DNA from: Patescibacteria group bacterium
GTDB taxonomy: Bacteria > Patescibacteriota > Microgenomatia > UBA8517
DNA: 64,000 nt
NCBI GenBank assembly: GCA_018823885.1
Contig: JAHJHG010000001.1
Location: 108,645-172,644, forward strand
Direction: 5' to 3'
In this document: piece by piece, positions 1 to 10,190 of the stretch
Numbering within the stretch: the first letter of the stretch is position 1
How the letters are laid out: the number at the start of each line of letters is the position of its first letter
Position numbers and translations under genes: made by a program
The notes under the pieces: model-generated
Seen by the model: the letters and a program-made list of their open reading frames with translations, nothing else
What the model was told of the DNA's origin: nothing
The model's database searches: none

Positions 1-1078
1 GTTCTTGTATCGTTCCTTTGCCAAAAGAGGTTTCCCCTATTAATTGTATATTTCTATCATCTCTTAGGGCGCCTGCTAAAATTTCGGAAGCCGAGGCTGA
101 ACCTTCGTTAACAAGGACTACGGTCGGCATGTTTAACATTCTTCCTATTCTTTCAACTACAAAGTCATACTTTTCTCCATTGGCTCCTGCCTCGGTAACG
201 ACCACGCTACCACTACTCAAGAATTCCGATGCAATGTCTACTGAGGACTGAAGATAACCCCCCGGATTGTTTCTCAAATCAAGAATAACTCCTTTTACTT
301 GCGGCTTTTTAATGATTTCAATAACCGCTTCTTCCCACTCGCTCTCGGTCTCTGCGACAAATTTAAGAATCTTAATATGGGCTATGTTTTCATCTGCCCC
401 CTCGAAAGACAAAATAATACTTGGAATGTCTATGTTTCTTCTAATAACGTCTACCACTATTGGCTCTTCGCTGCCATTTCTTATGAGCGTTAGTGTAACA
501 ATGGTACCGGCCGGGCCCCTAATCGCCCTTACTGCTTCAGGGAGCGTTATTCCTACGGTTCCCCTATCAATGTCCTTAAGTTCATCTTTTATTCCCACTA
601 TAAAATCGCCGGCTTGAATCCCTTTTTCTTCTGCCGGTGAGCTTGGAAGTGGCGCAATAACCGCTAGCTGGCCATCTTTATAACCAATCTGAATACCAAC
701 ACCTTCAAAGCTTCCTGAAAGATCTTCTTGGACGACTTTATTTTCGCTTGGCGGTAGGAAAATGGTGTAAGGATCGCCCAATGCAGAAACCATTCCCTTA
801 ATTGCTCCGTATACCATTTCGCTGTCGACAATTTTTGTCTTGTCATAATAGTTTTCATCCAAAGAATCCCACACTCTCCAAAACAAAGAAAAATCAACGC
901 TTTTTTCGGGTGGGGTTTGTCTTGAAATTGTGACTATCGGAAAACGCGAGAATGAAGCCAAAAATCCTTTTCTTCCAAAAAAGTACCCTGTTGATAAGCT
1001 TGTGCCAATAATTACAATAATTAAAATTACTGTTCTTAGTTTTTTTAAGCTGATTTTAGGAAACGGCAGAAATTTCAT
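1..1078 (-). CDS. C-terminal processing peptidase (S41 family, Ctp/Prc-like), partial; C-terminus lies beyond the window start
   Basis: Manual reverse-strand translation from the ATG at 1078 gives an N-terminal signal anchor followed by PDZ-like and S41 segments (e.g. GVGIQIGY, ...DLRNNPGGYL..., ...NEGSASASEILAG...). No stop codon before position 1. Absent from the ORF track because it is incomplete. Confidence 0.7.
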   Translation of the reverse strand, partial: MKFLPFPKISLKKLRTVILIIVIIGTSLSTGYFFGRKGFLASFSRFPIVTISRQTPPEKSVDFSLFWRVWDSLDENYYDKTKIVDSEMVYGAIKGMVSALGDPYTIFLPPSENKVVQEDLSGSFEGVGIQIGYKDGQLAVIAPLPSSPAEEKGIQAGDFIVGIKDELKDIDRGTVGITLPEAVRAIRGPAGTIVTLTLIRNGSEEPIVVDVIRRNIDIPSIILSFEGADENIAHIKILKFVAETESEWEEAVIEIIKKPQVKGVILDLRNNPGGYLQSSVDIASEFLSSGSVVVTEAGANGEKYDFVVERIGRMLNMPTVVLVNEGSASASEILAGALRDDRNIQLIGETSFGKGTIQE

Positions 1079-1098
1079 ACGAAATAAATTGTAACACC

Positions 1099-1332
1099 TT
1101 ACACTCTTGAGACAAACGGAAGAAGTCCGAGGTGCCGTGCTCTTTTAATTGCGATTGATAAACGCCTTTGATGTTTGGCGCAAAGTCCCGTACGGCTCTC
1201 TCCAATAATTTTGGACCTGTCTGTCACAAACTTCTCGAGAGTCTTGTAATCTTTGTAATCAGGGTCTCTCTCACTTTTACAGAATGGGCAATGAAAAGCT
1301 TTTTTCTTTCTCCTTATAATTTTCTTTTTCAT
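1099..1332 (-). CDS. rpsR: 30S ribosomal protein S18
   Basis: 77 aa. CPFC...DYKD...GKI..R..TG.C.KHQR.L..AIKRAR..GLLP pattern. Lies in the conserved rpsF-ssb-rpsR arrangement. Confidence 0.9.
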   Translation of the reverse strand: MKKKIIRRKKKAFHCPFCKSERDPDYKDYKTLEKFVTDRSKIIGESRTGLCAKHQRRLSIAIKRARHLGLLPFVSRV

Positions 1333-1341
1333 AGTGGGTTT

Positions 1342-1857
1342 TTAAAAAGGAATATCCTCTTCGTTTTCTATTTCCGCCTTATCTCCGGAGCCTTTACTTT
1401 TTTTGTCTTTAGGAGTCTTTTTTGTTTTAGTTTTCTTAACACTCTCTTCTTCTGTTATAAGAGCCGTATCATCCTCTGGCATTCCCTTGTCTGGATAATC
1501 AAACCCTTCTTCTGAAGACCCTCTTTTTGAATCTAAAATTATCATACTAGAAATTACAATTTCCGTAGTTGTCCTTTTTGCACCATCTTGAGCATCCCAG
1601 CTTCTGGTTTGAAGCCTTCCTTCTACATAGGCTTTTCGGCCTTTCGTTAAAAGTTGTGCACATAATTCAGCCAGCTTGGTCCAAGCAACAATTTTATGAA
1701 ATTCAACATCTTCTTTCTTTTCTCCAGATTCCGTTGTCCACTGTCGATTTGTAGCAAGACCAAACGTACAAACAGCCGTACCTTGCGGAGTAAAACGAAG
1801 TTCTGGATCCCTGGTTAAATTGCCTATTAGTGATACTTTATTTAAACTCCGTGACAT
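1342..1857 (-). CDS. ssb: single-stranded DNA-binding protein
   Basis: OB-fold N-terminus (VSLIGNLTRDPELRFTPQG...), acidic tail ending DIPF. Sits between rpsF and rpsR. Confidence 0.9.
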   Translation of the reverse strand: MSRSLNKVSLIGNLTRDPELRFTPQGTAVCTFGLATNRQWTTESGEKKEDVEFHKIVAWTKLAELCAQLLTKGRKAYVEGRLQTRSWDAQDGAKRTTTEIVISSMIILDSKRGSSEEGFDYPDKGMPEDDTALITEEESVKKTKTKKTPKDKKSKGSGDKAEIENEEDIPF

Positions 1858-1860
1858 TTC

Positions 1861-2154
1861 TTATTTTTCCTCTTCCTTTCTTACCAAAAGATATCTAATA
1901 ATATTCTCTTCCAGATTTAACTTTTGCGGAAGCATTTTAACTGCTTCTTCCTCCAATTTTAAATGATAATGTAGGAATATGCCAGAGTCGTTTTTTGCAA
2001 TTTCATAGGCTAATTCTTTCTTTCCCCACTCCTCTATCTTGCCAACTTTTCCACCAATAATTTTGACTATTTTTTCAATAGCTTCTTGTGTATTTTTTTT
2101 CTTAGCAGCAGTAGCACTTCCTGGCAAAACTAATGTTAATTCGTAATCTTTCAT
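1861..2154 (-). CDS. rpsF: 30S ribosomal protein S6
   Basis: 97 aa, MKDYELTLVL... consistent with S6. Operon context with ssb and rpsR. Confidence 0.85.
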   Translation of the reverse strand: MKDYELTLVLPGSATAAKKKNTQEAIEKIVKIIGGKVGKIEEWGKKELAYEIAKNDSGIFLHYHLKLEEEAVKMLPQKLNLEENIIRYLLVRKEEEK

Positions 2155-2220
2155 ATTAATAATAAATTAGCACGTTCAACGTGCGAGGGAAAGTATATCA
2201 ACTCCCAACTTTAAACTCAA

Positions 2221-2967
2221 TTATATCTTTATCTTAGTGTAAGACTTCCTGGGTCTTTTGCGCTTATCGATAATTTCTCCCCGCGCTCTCCATATCGGTT
2301 TCATCCTAAACCGAGGCGACCGACCCAAGACAATGTGTGAGTGATAAGCAGCAAATCCTGGATCACTCACTACGTTATAACCCCTAGCAAGCATTTCTAG
2401 CGCCCAATCTCGATCCTCCGAGCCTGATAATTTTTCATCAAAAGGGTAAAGCCTCCACATATTTTTTCTTATTAATGCATGCGTGTTGTTCATATTTGAA
2501 GTATGTTCGACTCTTTTGGAAGAATCGAATATAGAAAATCCTAGAGGTCGCCATAAATATGCCAAAGGATTTGAACTTAAAGGACCTGTTACACCCGCTA
2601 TTGTCTTGTCCTTGAAGTTTTTATAACCATTTGCAAGCCATTTATTAGAACGTGGTATTGAGTGGCCGGATATTATTCCAATTATTTCCCCCCTCGTTTT
2701 CAAAATCCCAAGATTTAACGAATAACTCATACCGAACTCTTCTGGCTTGATTTGTATAATTCTAACTGGAAATTTACGAACAATTTCTAAAGTTTTATCT
2801 GTTGAACCAGAATCAACAATAATAACCTCGAACTCCTTAAAAGTCTGCTTATACAAATACCTGAGAACTTTTCCTATAAATCGACCCTCATCTTTTGTTC
2901 TGATAACGAAAGATACTTTTGGTTTCTTGTTTGTACTTTTCCTACTAGGCATTTGTCTTAAACTCAA
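2221..2967 (-). CDS. glycosyltransferase family 2
   Basis: N-terminal VSFVIRTKDEGRFIGKVLRYL...VIIVDSGSTD motif typical of GT2 (GT-A fold). Confidence 0.7.
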   Translation of the reverse strand: MSLRQMPSRKSTNKKPKVSFVIRTKDEGRFIGKVLRYLYKQTFKEFEVIIVDSGSTDKTLEIVRKFPVRIIQIKPEEFGMSYSLNLGILKTRGEIIGIISGHSIPRSNKWLANGYKNFKDKTIAGVTGPLSSNPLAYLWRPLGFSIFDSSKRVEHTSNMNNTHALIRKNMWRLYPFDEKLSGSEDRDWALEMLARGYNVVSDPGFAAYHSHIVLGRSPRFRMKPIWRARGEIIDKRKRPRKSYTKIKI

Positions 2968-3880
2968 TCACATCCTCGTCATTAACAATATAGTCTTTTC
3001 CTTCCAAGCGAATTTTTCCTTTCTCTTTAGCTTGTTTCCAATCTCCCACTGAAAATAAATCACCTATCTCAATAACTTCTGCTTTAATAAAGTTTTTTGC
3101 AAAGTCAGTATGGACCTCCTCAGCTGCTTCAATGGCGGTTGACCCGCTAACAATGCTCCACGCATGAATTTCTTTACCTCCTTTGATTGTATAAAAAGTT
3201 ATCAAATTGAGAAGTTTGTACGCAGCGTTGATTAACTGATTCAATCCGCTTTCTTTGACTGCAAGAGATTTCAAGTATTCTTCTCTTTCTTCTGTACTTA
3301 AGTCTATAAATTCTTCTTCCAGTTTTGCGGAAAGAGTGATTGCTTCGCTTTTGAATTTATCCTTAATCTTTTTGGTTATTACAACAGTTTCTTTGTTTCC
3401 TATTTGACTCTCTCCAATATTTATCACATAAATTGTTGGCTTTTTCTTAATCTCTCCCAACTCAAGCTCTAGGTTAACAATTTCTATATCTTCAATGATT
3501 TGCTCTAATGAACCGGGTGTGTGAATTGGATGTTGATGGGCAACATTAGAATCTTCAAAAGCACGAACAACATGAACAATGACGTCAACTTCTCGTATTT
3601 TCGCCAAAAATTGATTTCCCAAGCCTTCTCCTTTGTGAGCATCCTTTACCAATCCTGCAATATCTATAAATGTCACACTTGCTGGCACTGTCTCCTTAGG
3701 TTTAATTAATTTTGAAAGCTTTTCTAAATTCCTATCAGGCAGAGCCGCCACCGCTTCATGAGGATCAATCGTTGTAAACAGCCTTGGCGCGGTTTCGGCC
3801 AAACGCCTGCTTACCAACGCATTAAACAGCGTTGATTTTCCAGCGTTCGGTAATCCTACAATTCCAACTTGTAAGCTCAT
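2945..3880 (-). CDS. ychF: ribosome-binding ATPase YchF (Obg-like GTPase family), short form
   Basis: IVGLPNAGKSTLFNAL G1 motif, TTIDP, and a C-terminal TGS-like region (EVIEIGDL...). 311 aa, shorter than the canonical 363 aa. Confidence 0.8.
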   Translation of the reverse strand: MSLQVGIVGLPNAGKSTLFNALVSRRLAETAPRLFTTIDPHEAVAALPDRNLEKLSKLIKPKETVPASVTFIDIAGLVKDAHKGEGLGNQFLAKIREVDVIVHVVRAFEDSNVAHQHPIHTPGSLEQIIEDIEIVNLELELGEIKKKPTIYVINIGESQIGNKETVVITKKIKDKFKSEAITLSAKLEEEFIDLSTEEREEYLKSLAVKESGLNQLINAAYKLLNLITFYTIKGGKEIHAWSIVSGSTAIEAAEEVHTDFAKNFIKAEVIEIGDLFSVGDWKQAKEKGKIRLEGKDYIVNDEDVIEFKTNA

Positions 3881-4226
3881 GTCTGGATTATATAATTTAG
3901 CAATGACTAAATATAGAGAGTACTACCAAAAAATGGTTGACAATAATAAAGAGGTGTTTGAAAACTTTCAAAGGCTTCATGACAGATATGTCTTAGACGA
4001 AGAAAAGTGGCAAGAAGAGTTCAACAAGGAAGGAGAGAAAATACTTCTTGTTATACAAGAGTATGAAAACAAACTATGTTCCCAATCAGAAAAGGGAGGT
4101 TATTCGCACTTTACTCCAAAATTGGCTGAGAAGTTTCGAGAGGAAGTCAGAAAGCATTTTTCCATGATTGACCACATAGGAATAAGGGTGGATGTTTTTG
4201 CACTAAAAAAAATCAAACTCTCTTAG
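3879..4226 (+). CDS. hypothetical protein
   Basis: 115-aa ORF that fills an otherwise empty gap. No recognisable motif. Confidence 0.35.
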   Translation: MSGLYNLAMTKYREYYQKMVDNNKEVFENFQRLHDRYVLDEEKWQEEFNKEGEKILLVIQEYENKLCSQSEKGGYSHFTPKLAEKFREEVRKHFSMIDHIGIRVDVFALKKIKLS

Positions 4227-4719
4227 GAAAAGCCTTTGATAAACTAGTATTGAATGCCTGAAATTTCTCGTATGCTTCATTTATTTCTGGATTGGTGTCA
4301 CGAAAATTTTGTGTCCAGTCCCTAACTGTTTCTTTCCAGATTCCAAATACTTCATTAAAGCCTTTTTCGCCTATCCAGTCGTGCTCTTGAAGCTTGTTTC
4401 GGGTCAATTCAAGTTGTTTCCTTAGTTCTTCTGGAGTCTCTTTAAATTCTATTTCCAAGGATAACCTTCCCAACATTACAGTTCGCGAGTACTCCATATA
4501 GTGCGGTGAATATCCACTTAATTTAACCATGTTAAAAGCATTTGCATCATCATCAAGGATAAGAGTTATAATATGGCCCAAAAGGATAGTGTCTGTATCT
4601 TCTCCGGTTTTCTTTGTTTCTTTTCTTATAATCTCAGCTTTCTCAATAGGATACTTTATCCAATCCTGTTGTTTTTTGGCCTCGTCTTCGTTCTTTATAC
4701 TTTCAGTTAGTTCTGTCAT
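4213..4719 (-). CDS. hypothetical protein
   Basis: 168-aa ORF in a coding-dense context. No motif recognised. Confidence 0.4.
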   Translation of the reverse strand: MTELTESIKNEDEAKKQQDWIKYPIEKAEIIRKETKKTGEDTDTILLGHIITLILDDDANAFNMVKLSGYSPHYMEYSRTVMLGRLSLEIEFKETPEELRKQLELTRNKLQEHDWIGEKGFNEVFGIWKETVRDWTQNFRDTNPEINEAYEKFQAFNTSLSKAFPKRV

Positions 4720-4724
4720 AATGC

Positions 4725-5375
4725 CTATATATTAGTCAACATGTCGGGCGACAATTCCCCATAATCATAAATCACCTTTTTCGCTTTTTGAAGCAATTTG
4801 GCGTGCTTACTGTCTCTTGCAATCGCCACAACCTTCATCCCTGCATTTTGGGCCGCCTTTATACCCGCCACTGTATCTTCAATTACCAAACAATTTTCTG
4901 GGTCAATTCCTAATTTTTGTGCTGTTAAAAGAAATATTTCCGAATCCGGTTTTTTAAGCTTAACCTCTTCACCAGTTGTGATTGTTTCAAATATTCCCTC
5001 CAAATTGAAAGCATCAAAAACTTTCTCAACCGTTGGCCAAGTATTCGATGTTGCAAGAGCTACAAAAACTCCTGAATCTTTGAGATCTTTTACAAAATCT
5101 TTTACACCATTTTTAAAAGTAACTTTCGATAGCATTTTCAGATATGCCTCTTGGGTTTCTTTGGAAAGCTCTTCTGTGCTTTTTTTTGTTTTTATTTTAT
5201 GCTTAGGAATTAATCTTTGCCAATTTTCTTCCACACCTATTCCCTGTGTATGTGGAAATTCTGAATTAGTTTCTACTCCGAGCTTAGATAAGACTTCTTT
5301 AAAGGCAATTCCATATTCGTCTTCGTTATCCAATACTGTTCCGTCTAAATCAAATATCACCGCCAACAACTTCAT
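4725..5375 (-). CDS. HAD-superfamily hydrolase (beta-phosphoglucomutase-like subfamily IA)
   Basis: Motif I VIFDLDGTVLDNE at the N-terminus. Overall HAD-IA architecture. Confidence 0.75.
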   Translation of the reverse strand: MKLLAVIFDLDGTVLDNEDEYGIAFKEVLSKLGVETNSEFPHTQGIGVEENWQRLIPKHKIKTKKSTEELSKETQEAYLKMLSKVTFKNGVKDFVKDLKDSGVFVALATSNTWPTVEKVFDAFNLEGIFETITTGEEVKLKKPDSEIFLLTAQKLGIDPENCLVIEDTVAGIKAAQNAGMKVVAIARDSKHAKLLQKAKKVIYDYGELSPDMLTNI

Positions 5376-6796
5376 TTTTGTATTTTATTTACTTTGGGGC
5401 CTTCAGGAGTGTCTTCGACTAAATATCCCTCCTCTAGCATCGATTTTCTTATCTTGTCTGCATCCTCAAACTTTTCAGCTTTTCTTAAAGCCTCTCTTTC
5501 TTCCGCCAGTTTTTGAACCTCTATTGGTATTTCAACTTTCTGTGTCTGAAATCCTTGTAAGCCCAATCCCAATACTTCGTCGAAAGACATCGCCAAATCA
5601 TACTTATCTCCTGAGGGAATATTACTCTTTAACATCTCCCAAAAAGCAGCCAATGCTCTGGGAGTATTTATGTCATCGCAAACTGCCAGAGTGAACCTGT
5701 TTCTGAAATCATCAATTTTCTTTTGTTTCTCTGGAGAGAGAGTTGTTCTGGAAGACTTTTCTCGGTAACCAACCACTTGACTTCTAAGCTTATCAAAAGC
5801 AGTTTGCGCCGCCTTCAAGCTCTCCCATGTAAAGTTCAGTGAATCTCTGTAGTGAGCCGTTAAATAGAGATAGCGCAGAGCTAATGGATCAAAACCTTTT
5901 TTTTGTAAATCCGAAATTGTATAAAAGTTATTTAAGCTTTTGCTCATCCTTTTTCCGTCCACCTTGAGAAAAGTGACATGAATCCAGTAACGAACGAATG
6001 GCTTGTCCGTTGCCGCTTCGGACTGAGCAATTTCATTCGGATGATGAGTCGACCTAAGGTCTTCTCCGCCTATATGAATATCGAAACTTTCTCCTAAATA
6101 TTTCATGCTCATAGCAGAACACTCGATATGCCAACCTGGAAAACCGATTCCCCAGGGACTCTCCCATTCCATATGTCTTTCTCCCGGTTTTTTAGAAAAC
6201 TTCCATAAAGCAAAATCCCTTGCGTTTTTCTTTTCAGGGTTTTCCCTTACTCTTGCCCCTTCTAATACCTCATCCAACGTTGACAATTCCCCATACTTTC
6301 TGCCTGTCTTTTCTTCAAATTCCTTTGTATCAAAATATATTCCGTCCGATGTTTTATATGTAAAACCCTTTTCTTCAAGAACTTTAATAAGATCGATTTG
6401 TTCTTCTATGTGATCGGTGGCTTTTGGAAATATCCACGGTTTTCGCAAATTAAGCGCTTCGAAATCTTTCAAAAATATTTTTGTGTAATATTCTGCAATA
6501 TCCCATGCGGTTTTCCCTTTTTTCTTTGCTGACTCTTCAACTTTGTCATCACCAGTGTCTGCATCCCCGACAAGATGACCTACGTCTGTTAAATTCATAA
6601 CATATTTTGTATAAAAACTGTTGTACCCAAGTAGTCGAAAAAGAATATCGGCAACTGTATATGTGCGAAAATTACCGATCGTTGCAAAATTATGAACGGT
6701 AGGGCCACAAGCATACATCCCCACCTCTTTTGAATTATGGAGTTCAAATTTTTCTTTTTTCCCAGTAAGACTATTTGTTAGATAAATGTCGGCCAT
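5372..6796 (-). CDS. cysS: cysteinyl-tRNA synthetase
   Basis: Class I signatures: CGPTVHNFATIGN (HIGH region) and KMSKSLNN. Length 474 aa. Confidence 0.9.
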   Translation of the reverse strand: MADIYLTNSLTGKKEKFELHNSKEVGMYACGPTVHNFATIGNFRTYTVADILFRLLGYNSFYTKYVMNLTDVGHLVGDADTGDDKVEESAKKKGKTAWDIAEYYTKIFLKDFEALNLRKPWIFPKATDHIEEQIDLIKVLEEKGFTYKTSDGIYFDTKEFEEKTGRKYGELSTLDEVLEGARVRENPEKKNARDFALWKFSKKPGERHMEWESPWGIGFPGWHIECSAMSMKYLGESFDIHIGGEDLRSTHHPNEIAQSEAATDKPFVRYWIHVTFLKVDGKRMSKSLNNFYTISDLQKKGFDPLALRYLYLTAHYRDSLNFTWESLKAAQTAFDKLRSQVVGYREKSSRTTLSPEKQKKIDDFRNRFTLAVCDDINTPRALAAFWEMLKSNIPSGDKYDLAMSFDEVLGLGLQGFQTQKVEIPIEVQKLAEEREALRKAEKFEDADKIRKSMLEEGYLVEDTPEGPKVNKIQK

Positions 6797-6821
6797 AAGA
6801 ACATTTTACCCTAAATTGACC

Positions 6822-7289
6822 TCAGCCAGAAGGGGGCATGCGTATTTCTGCTTTTGCTTTCAATTTCTTAAGCTTACCCTTCATTCCTTTTATCGCTCCC
6901 ATGGCAGGCTTAGATGAAATCACTGGAATAGAATTGTCTTTTCCCTCTTCTTCCTGTATTTGCTCTTGGATTTCTTCTTCTTTTAATTTCTCTTCTTCGT
7001 CAAACTCTTTTTGCTTCCTAATGTCTTCAATTTCTTTTTCTAGAGCTTCTAATAATCTCTTACTTTTAACTTTAATCTTCTGTTCATCTAAGGGAAGTTT
7101 TTCTTCTTTCGACTCAGTATCTCTTTGTGTCACTTCATGAATAGGTCCAGAAACAGACTCTGCCCCAGAAACCTGCTTTCCTGCGGTTTTTAATATCTCA
7201 AAGGGCTCACCAACCACTTGCTTCGCGGCTTGTTTGGCAATCCTTTTAGTAGAATCGGATACACCTGATTTAATACCCTTTACCTTCAT
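6822..7289 (-). CDS. hypothetical charged protein
   Basis: 155-aa ORF, Lys/Glu-rich. No motif recognised. Confidence 0.35.
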   Translation of the reverse strand: MKVKGIKSGVSDSTKRIAKQAAKQVVGEPFEILKTAGKQVSGAESVSGPIHEVTQRDTESKEEKLPLDEQKIKVKSKRLLEALEKEIEDIRKQKEFDEEEKLKEEEIQEQIQEEEGKDNSIPVISSKPAMGAIKGMKGKLKKLKAKAEIRMPPSG

Positions 7290-7293
7290 TATT

Positions 7294-7911
7294 TTATATA
7301 TTTCTTCTTCCTTCTATTGCTTGCTCTAGGGTTGTTTCGTCTGCATACTCCAAGTCAGCCCCTGTGGGAATTCCCATGCCCAGTCTGGTAATCTTAAATT
7401 TCTTCCGTCCGTCAGCAATTTGTGCCTTTAGTTTTTTGGAAATATACATCGCTGTCGCCTCTCCTTCCATCGTGGGATTTGTGGCAATAATTATTTCCTT
7501 GATACTCTCATCCTCTCTCGTTCGCTTCAGCAAGTCATCAATATAAAGCTCATCGGGACCAATGTTTTCCAAAGGACTTATGCTTCCATGTAAGACATGA
7601 TATCGACCCGTAAATTTTCTTGTTCTTTCGAATGCCAGAATATCTAATGGCTGTTCAACAACCAATATTGTTTGTTCATCTCGTCCATCCTCAACACAGA
7701 TTGGACATGGATCCGTTTCTGCTACATTTCTGCATATCGAGCACAGGATTGTGCTTTTCTTTAGTTGACTCAATGCTTCGGCAAATGAATCTAATTCTCC
7801 TTGTGGAACATGAAGTAAATAGTAAGTTAACCGCTGAGCCGTCTTTGGCCCAATTCCAGGAAGTTTTTGAAAAGATTCAATTAACTTAAGAAGTGGCTTT
7901 GGTATTTTCAC
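7294..7911 (-). CDS. recR: recombination protein RecR
   Basis: HhH (LPGIGPKTAQRL), C4 zinc finger (CSIC...CPIC) and Toprim region. Classic dnaX-ybaB-recR order. Confidence 0.9.
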   Translation of the reverse strand: MKIPKPLLKLIESFQKLPGIGPKTAQRLTYYLLHVPQGELDSFAEALSQLKKSTILCSICRNVAETDPCPICVEDGRDEQTILVVEQPLDILAFERTRKFTGRYHVLHGSISPLENIGPDELYIDDLLKRTREDESIKEIIIATNPTMEGEATAMYISKKLKAQIADGRKKFKITRLGMGIPTGADLEYADETTLEQAIEGRRNI

Positions 7912-7943
7912 TATATAAAATTATACTATTTGCTGAATAGGGG

Positions 7944-8228
7944 CTACATTTTTCCCAGAAGTCCGGAGAGTCCTCCACCCATTTCAAGCATCTTTTTGGC
8001 AGCCTTCTTCTGAACTTTTTTCATCGCCTTGTTAATCGCATCGACAATATCCTGCCTCTCTTCTCCATCAACTTTCATATACGCCAGTTTTTGATCACCA
8101 GTGACTTTCACTTCAATATCCCCAGCGCTTAACGTTTCCGTAATCTGCTCCAACTCTTTCTGAAGTTCTTTCGCCTGTTGGCGCATTTTGTTTAATTCAC
8201 CTAATTGTTTAACTTTGTCAAATGCCAT
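7944..8228 (-). CDS. ybaB: nucleoid-associated protein YbaB/EbfC
   Basis: 94 aa with a coiled-coil N-terminus (MRQQAKELQKELEQ) and a ...VKVTGDQKL... core. Positioned between dnaX and recR. Confidence 0.85.
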   Translation of the reverse strand: MAFDKVKQLGELNKMRQQAKELQKELEQITETLSAGDIEVKVTGDQKLAYMKVDGEERQDIVDAINKAMKKVQKKAAKKMLEMGGGLSGLLGKM

Positions 8229-8238
8229 AATTTATTTA

Positions 8239-9756
8239 TTAGTTCCCAAAGATTTCTTTGGCGACTTTGATTATATCTTCGTCTGTTTCGTCAGTCAAAA
8301 CAACCTCTTCCTTGGGCTCCACTTTTAGTACCTGTTTGGCTTGCGGTTCAGCCAGCAAACACTGAATTCTTGTGGGGCACCCAAGCACTTCTGCAACTAC
8401 CCCCTCCAATACTCTCAAATGATGAGTATCTTCTAACCTTTCTTTGTGGAAACGATAAAAAACACTCAATGTAAGCACTTTTCCGTCAAATCCCAGGGGC
8501 TTAGCAGCTCTCAGAAGAGCCTCTATCGAAGTGTTGATTGGTTTGATCGCTAATAATATCTTTGTCCACACCTCTTCTGTTACTTCTTTTACTTTTTTCT
8601 TACTATGAAAAACTACCTTTTTTACCGGAGTTGTTTCTTTAGAATCGCCCGTATCTACATTCTCACCATTACCATTATCTCCACCTTTTGATACCTTTTT
8701 CTCCCCTTCATCTTCAGGCTGCACACTTTGTTCGTCACACCACTCGATAACGGCCACCTCTAGAGGCAATTGTTCAATTACCGCTCCCCTTAACTCAATT
8801 GCAGCGCTGACAAAAAGCCTAATAAGAGCAATGATTTCTTTTTTATTAAGCTCTGCATACTCTTCCCCTTCCAAACCGACCTTGTTTAGAAGAGCGTCTC
8901 TCAACCTTCTTAAAATTGCCGAAGTGTAAATTTCAAGCGACACTCCCGCATTAACCGCACCTTCAATTTCCTTTAAAGCTTTTTTTGTATTCTTTTCGGA
9001 TAAGTGAGAAAGTAACTCTTCGATATTGAAAGTTTTCTTTTTGAAAAGAAATTCCTCGGCATCCTTCGTATTAAGTTTTATTTTTTGTGTGACTAGCTCT
9101 TCTAAAATCTTCGCTCCATCTCGGAATGATCCATCTGACTTTTTTGCAATTAAAGATAGTGCACCTTTGTCTTTTAGTTTTTCTCCCCTGGCTATTTTCG
9201 CAAGAGATCTTTCAACCTCCTTTTCTGTCGCTTTCTTAAATACAATGTTTGTTACTCTTGATCTTATCGTTTCAATTAATTTCTCAGGGTTAGTTGTTGC
9301 CAATATAAACATGACGTGATCTGGAGGTTCTTCTAAGGTTTTAAGAAGAGCATTCGCAGCTTCAGTGGTTAACATGTGCGCTTCATCAATTATATAAACT
9401 TTTTTTCTGGAGCTTGCGGGCGCCAACTTCACGGCATCTCTCAAGGCTCTTACATCGTCGATTCCGCGATGGCTTGCCGCGTCTAACTCAATAACGTCTA
9501 TATTTGACCCTCTTGTTATCGATTTACACTGACTACATTTATTGCAGGGTTCTCCAAATTTTTTTTCATTCGCCTGACAATTTACAACTTTGGCCAAAAT
9601 TCTTGCTGCTGAAGTTTTCCCCGTTCCTTTTGGACCCGAGAATAGAAATGCGTGAGGAATTTTTCCAGATGCCACAATTTTTCCTAACGACTCTCTAACA
9701 TTATGAATATCTAGGTCCTCTATTTTTTGGGGGCGATATTTAAGATAATAAGTCAT
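8239..9756 (-). CDS. dnaX: DNA polymerase III subunit gamma/tau
   Basis: YRPQKIEDL..., Walker A GPKGTGKTS, zinc module CQANEKKFGEPCNKCSQC, DEAH-like IIDEAHML. Confidence 0.9.
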   Translation of the reverse strand: MTYYLKYRPQKIEDLDIHNVRESLGKIVASGKIPHAFLFSGPKGTGKTSAARILAKVVNCQANEKKFGEPCNKCSQCKSITRGSNIDVIELDAASHRGIDDVRALRDAVKLAPASSRKKVYIIDEAHMLTTEAANALLKTLEEPPDHVMFILATTNPEKLIETIRSRVTNIVFKKATEKEVERSLAKIARGEKLKDKGALSLIAKKSDGSFRDGAKILEELVTQKIKLNTKDAEEFLFKKKTFNIEELLSHLSEKNTKKALKEIEGAVNAGVSLEIYTSAILRRLRDALLNKVGLEGEEYAELNKKEIIALIRLFVSAAIELRGAVIEQLPLEVAVIEWCDEQSVQPEDEGEKKVSKGGDNGNGENVDTGDSKETTPVKKVVFHSKKKVKEVTEEVWTKILLAIKPINTSIEALLRAAKPLGFDGKVLTLSVFYRFHKERLEDTHHLRVLEGVVAEVLGCPTRIQCLLAEPQAKQVLKVEPKEEVVLTDETDEDIIKVAKEIFGN

Positions 9757-9764
9757 ATTAGATA

Positions 9765-10151
9765 TTAATCATGATGGATACCAATCAAGTGTAAGGCTCC
9801 GTGTTTCACCAATTCCTTTATTTTTTCTTCTGTATCAACTTTCTCTGCTTTGGCCTCGTCATTAGCTTTAGGGTAGCAAACTATTATCTCTCCTAAATGT
9901 ACCGAGTTGTCGGGAGGAAAAATAAACTTATCTGAAACCTCACTGTATGTAAAAGAAAGAACATTATGCACCTTATCATCTTTAAGATACTTTCTTGATA
10001 TGTCAAGCATCTGCTTTTTTCCAACTAAAGCAACAGATACTTTGGTGTTAGAAACTATGCCTCTTTGTTCTAATAAAGTAGACAAACACCGTTCAATTTC
10101 GTCCACGTTTACGGGATATTTTGACTGATTTTTTACAGAAACCGATATCAT
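9765..10151 (-). CDS. ybeY: rRNA maturation endoribonuclease YbeY
   Basis: C-terminal HGALHLIGIHHD metal-binding motif (H..H.....H). Confidence 0.8.
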   Translation of the reverse strand: MISVSVKNQSKYPVNVDEIERCLSTLLEQRGIVSNTKVSVALVGKKQMLDISRKYLKDDKVHNVLSFTYSEVSDKFIFPPDNSVHLGEIIVCYPKANDEAKAEKVDTEEKIKELVKHGALHLIGIHHD

Positions 10152-10190
10152 ATATTTATTCTTTCTCTTACTTCAAACCTCGGACAGTTA

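Noticed and set aside
4798-5694. 298-aa plus-strand ORF
   Set aside because: It lies entirely antisense to the HAD hydrolase and cysS genes, which carry clear motifs. It is Ser/Leu-rich, typical of a shadow ORF.
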